Below are positions 63,293 through 64,000 of a stretch of DNA of 64,000 bases, one piece after another. The DNA is from an uncultured Gemmatimonadaceae bacterium. Lineage in GTDB: Bacteria > Gemmatimonadota > Gemmatimonadetes > Gemmatimonadales > GWC2-71-9. Both the position numbers and the translations under genes were made by a program. The notes below the pieces were generated by a model. It was not told the origin of the DNA, did no database searches, and saw only the letters and a list, made by a program, of their open reading frames with translations. Every line of letters starts with the position of its first letter. Positions within the stretch are counted from its first letter, which is position 1. The stretch spans positions 56,881 to 120,880 of the forward strand of contig CAZNLY010000003.1 of NCBI GenBank assembly GCA_964574295.1, read 5' to 3'.

Positions 63293-64000
63293 CCGGCATC
63301 CCGCTGGGCAAGGGCGCCGAGTTCGACCGGATTCGCGCCATCGCCGGCGCGCTTGGCGCCGACGCGAGCGCCCTCGGCAACGACACCGCGGTTCTTCCAC
63401 CGGGCTTCGGCGAGGTGGTGCTCAGCACCGACCTCAGCGTCGAAGGCGTCCATTTCCGGCGGGAGTGGCTCGGCTGGGAGGAGATCGGCTGGCGGGCGGC
63501 GTCGGGCGCGCTGTCCGACTTGGCCGCCGCGGGCGCCGAGGTGGTGGGCCTGACGGCGAGCATCGGCGCCCCGGCCGGGGAGCCGGCGGATCACCTTGTG
63601 GCGCTCATGCGGGGCGTGGGGGCGGCGGCCAGGTCGGTGGGGGGCAAGGTGCTCGGCGGCGACCTTTCCCGCGCACCGGCGTGGGTGGTGGACGTGACCG
63701 TGGTGGGACGGACGGCGAAGCCGATGGGCCGGGTCGGTGCGCGCCCGGGCGACGGGCTCTGGGTGACCGGCAGCCTCGGCGGCGCGCGGGCGGCGCTCCT
63801 GGCGTGGGAGCAGGGGGGCGTGCCCGCGGTGGGGGCCCGGGAACGCTTCGCGCGGCCGGTGGCACGGATCGCGGAGGGGCGCTGGCTGGCGGCGCACGGC
63901 GCCACGGCGATGATGGACATTTCCGACGGGCTGGGCGGCGACGTCGGGCACCTGGCGGCGGCGTCCGGCGTGCGGATCGACGTGGACCTCGAGCAGATTC
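63289..64000 (+). CDS. thiL: Thiamine-monophosphate kinase. The 3' end lies beyond the window.
   Basis: Not in the track because no stop lies in the window. Manual translation gives 'MTGIPLGKGAEFDRIRAI......GNDTAVL......VLSTD..VEGVHFRREW....EIGWRA...ALSDLAA.GAE..GL..S.G.P.......L...M.G......S.G..V.GGD....' then '...ARPGD.LWVTG.LGGA' then 'MMDISDGL..D..HLA.AS'. ATGA overlap upstream. Confidence 0.85.
   Translation, partial: MTGIPLGKGAEFDRIRAIAGALGADASALGNDTAVLPPGFGEVVLSTDLSVEGVHFRREWLGWEEIGWRAASGALSDLAAAGAEVVGLTASIGAPAGEPADHLVALMRGVGAAARSVGGKVLGGDLSRAPAWVVDVTVVGRTAKPMGRVGARPGDGLWVTGSLGGARAALLAWEQGGVPAVGARERFARPVARIAEGRWLAAHGATAMMDISDGLGGDVGHLAAASGVRIDVDLEQI

Overview
This is a very GC-rich (about 70% by eye, not computed) bacterial chromosomal segment. 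The gene families present (DUF2723, DUF4159/DUF4175, Minf_1886-like, H+-PPase) suggest a Gemmatimonadota-like organism, but that is only an inference. I call about 62 protein genes and 3 tRNAs: Gln-UUG, Ser-GCU and Ser-UGA. I found no rRNA, CRISPR array, IS element, integrase or recognisable defence genes.

The content is mostly core housekeeping:
- Ribosomal proteins S6, S18, L9 and L25, plus rsfS, ychF and pth.
- Aminoacyl-tRNA synthetases gltX, valS and thrS.
- Biosynthesis and central metabolism: purH/purN, prs, ispE, pdxJ, glyA, rpiB, thiL, nnr, korAB, hppA, selA, trxA, rsmI, and a thiolase/hbd/leucine dehydrogenase group.

The ORF track translates ATG, GTG and TTG starts as M, omits ORFs under 60 aa and omits edge-truncated ORFs. 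Three features were therefore called by hand: 1-1539(-), 51110-51262(+) and 63289-64000(+). Many track ORFs are long antisense or 5'-extended artefacts of the high GC content; I trimmed starts using conserved N-termini, Shine-Dalgarno sites and stop/start overlaps.

The organisation is extremely compact. I verified 25 junctions with 4-nt ATGA/GTGA stop/start overlaps, which build two long plus-strand gene strings (21152-35451 and 51110-64000).

I see no dramatic new system. The best second-look candidates are:
1. A RadC-like JAB domain fused to an Fe-S DinG helicase (30338-32845).
2. A four-gene, fully extracytoplasmic DUF4159 / DUF4175-like / TPR / Tat-exported GATase1-like module (23379-30341).
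3. A DAK2 (FakA-like) domain fused to DegV (FakB-like) in one polypeptide (1909-3744).
4. A 539-aa protein with two His-less HPt-like motifs (17750-19369).
5. Three genes (pth, rsmI, a CPBP protease) whose conserved N-termini lie upstream of any nearby canonical start, each with a CTG next to the upstream stop codon.
6. A strong intrinsic terminator ending 13 nt before the gltX start codon.
7. An untracked 50-codon membrane ORF coupled to thrS.

All functional calls rest on motif recognition from memory, not on database searches.
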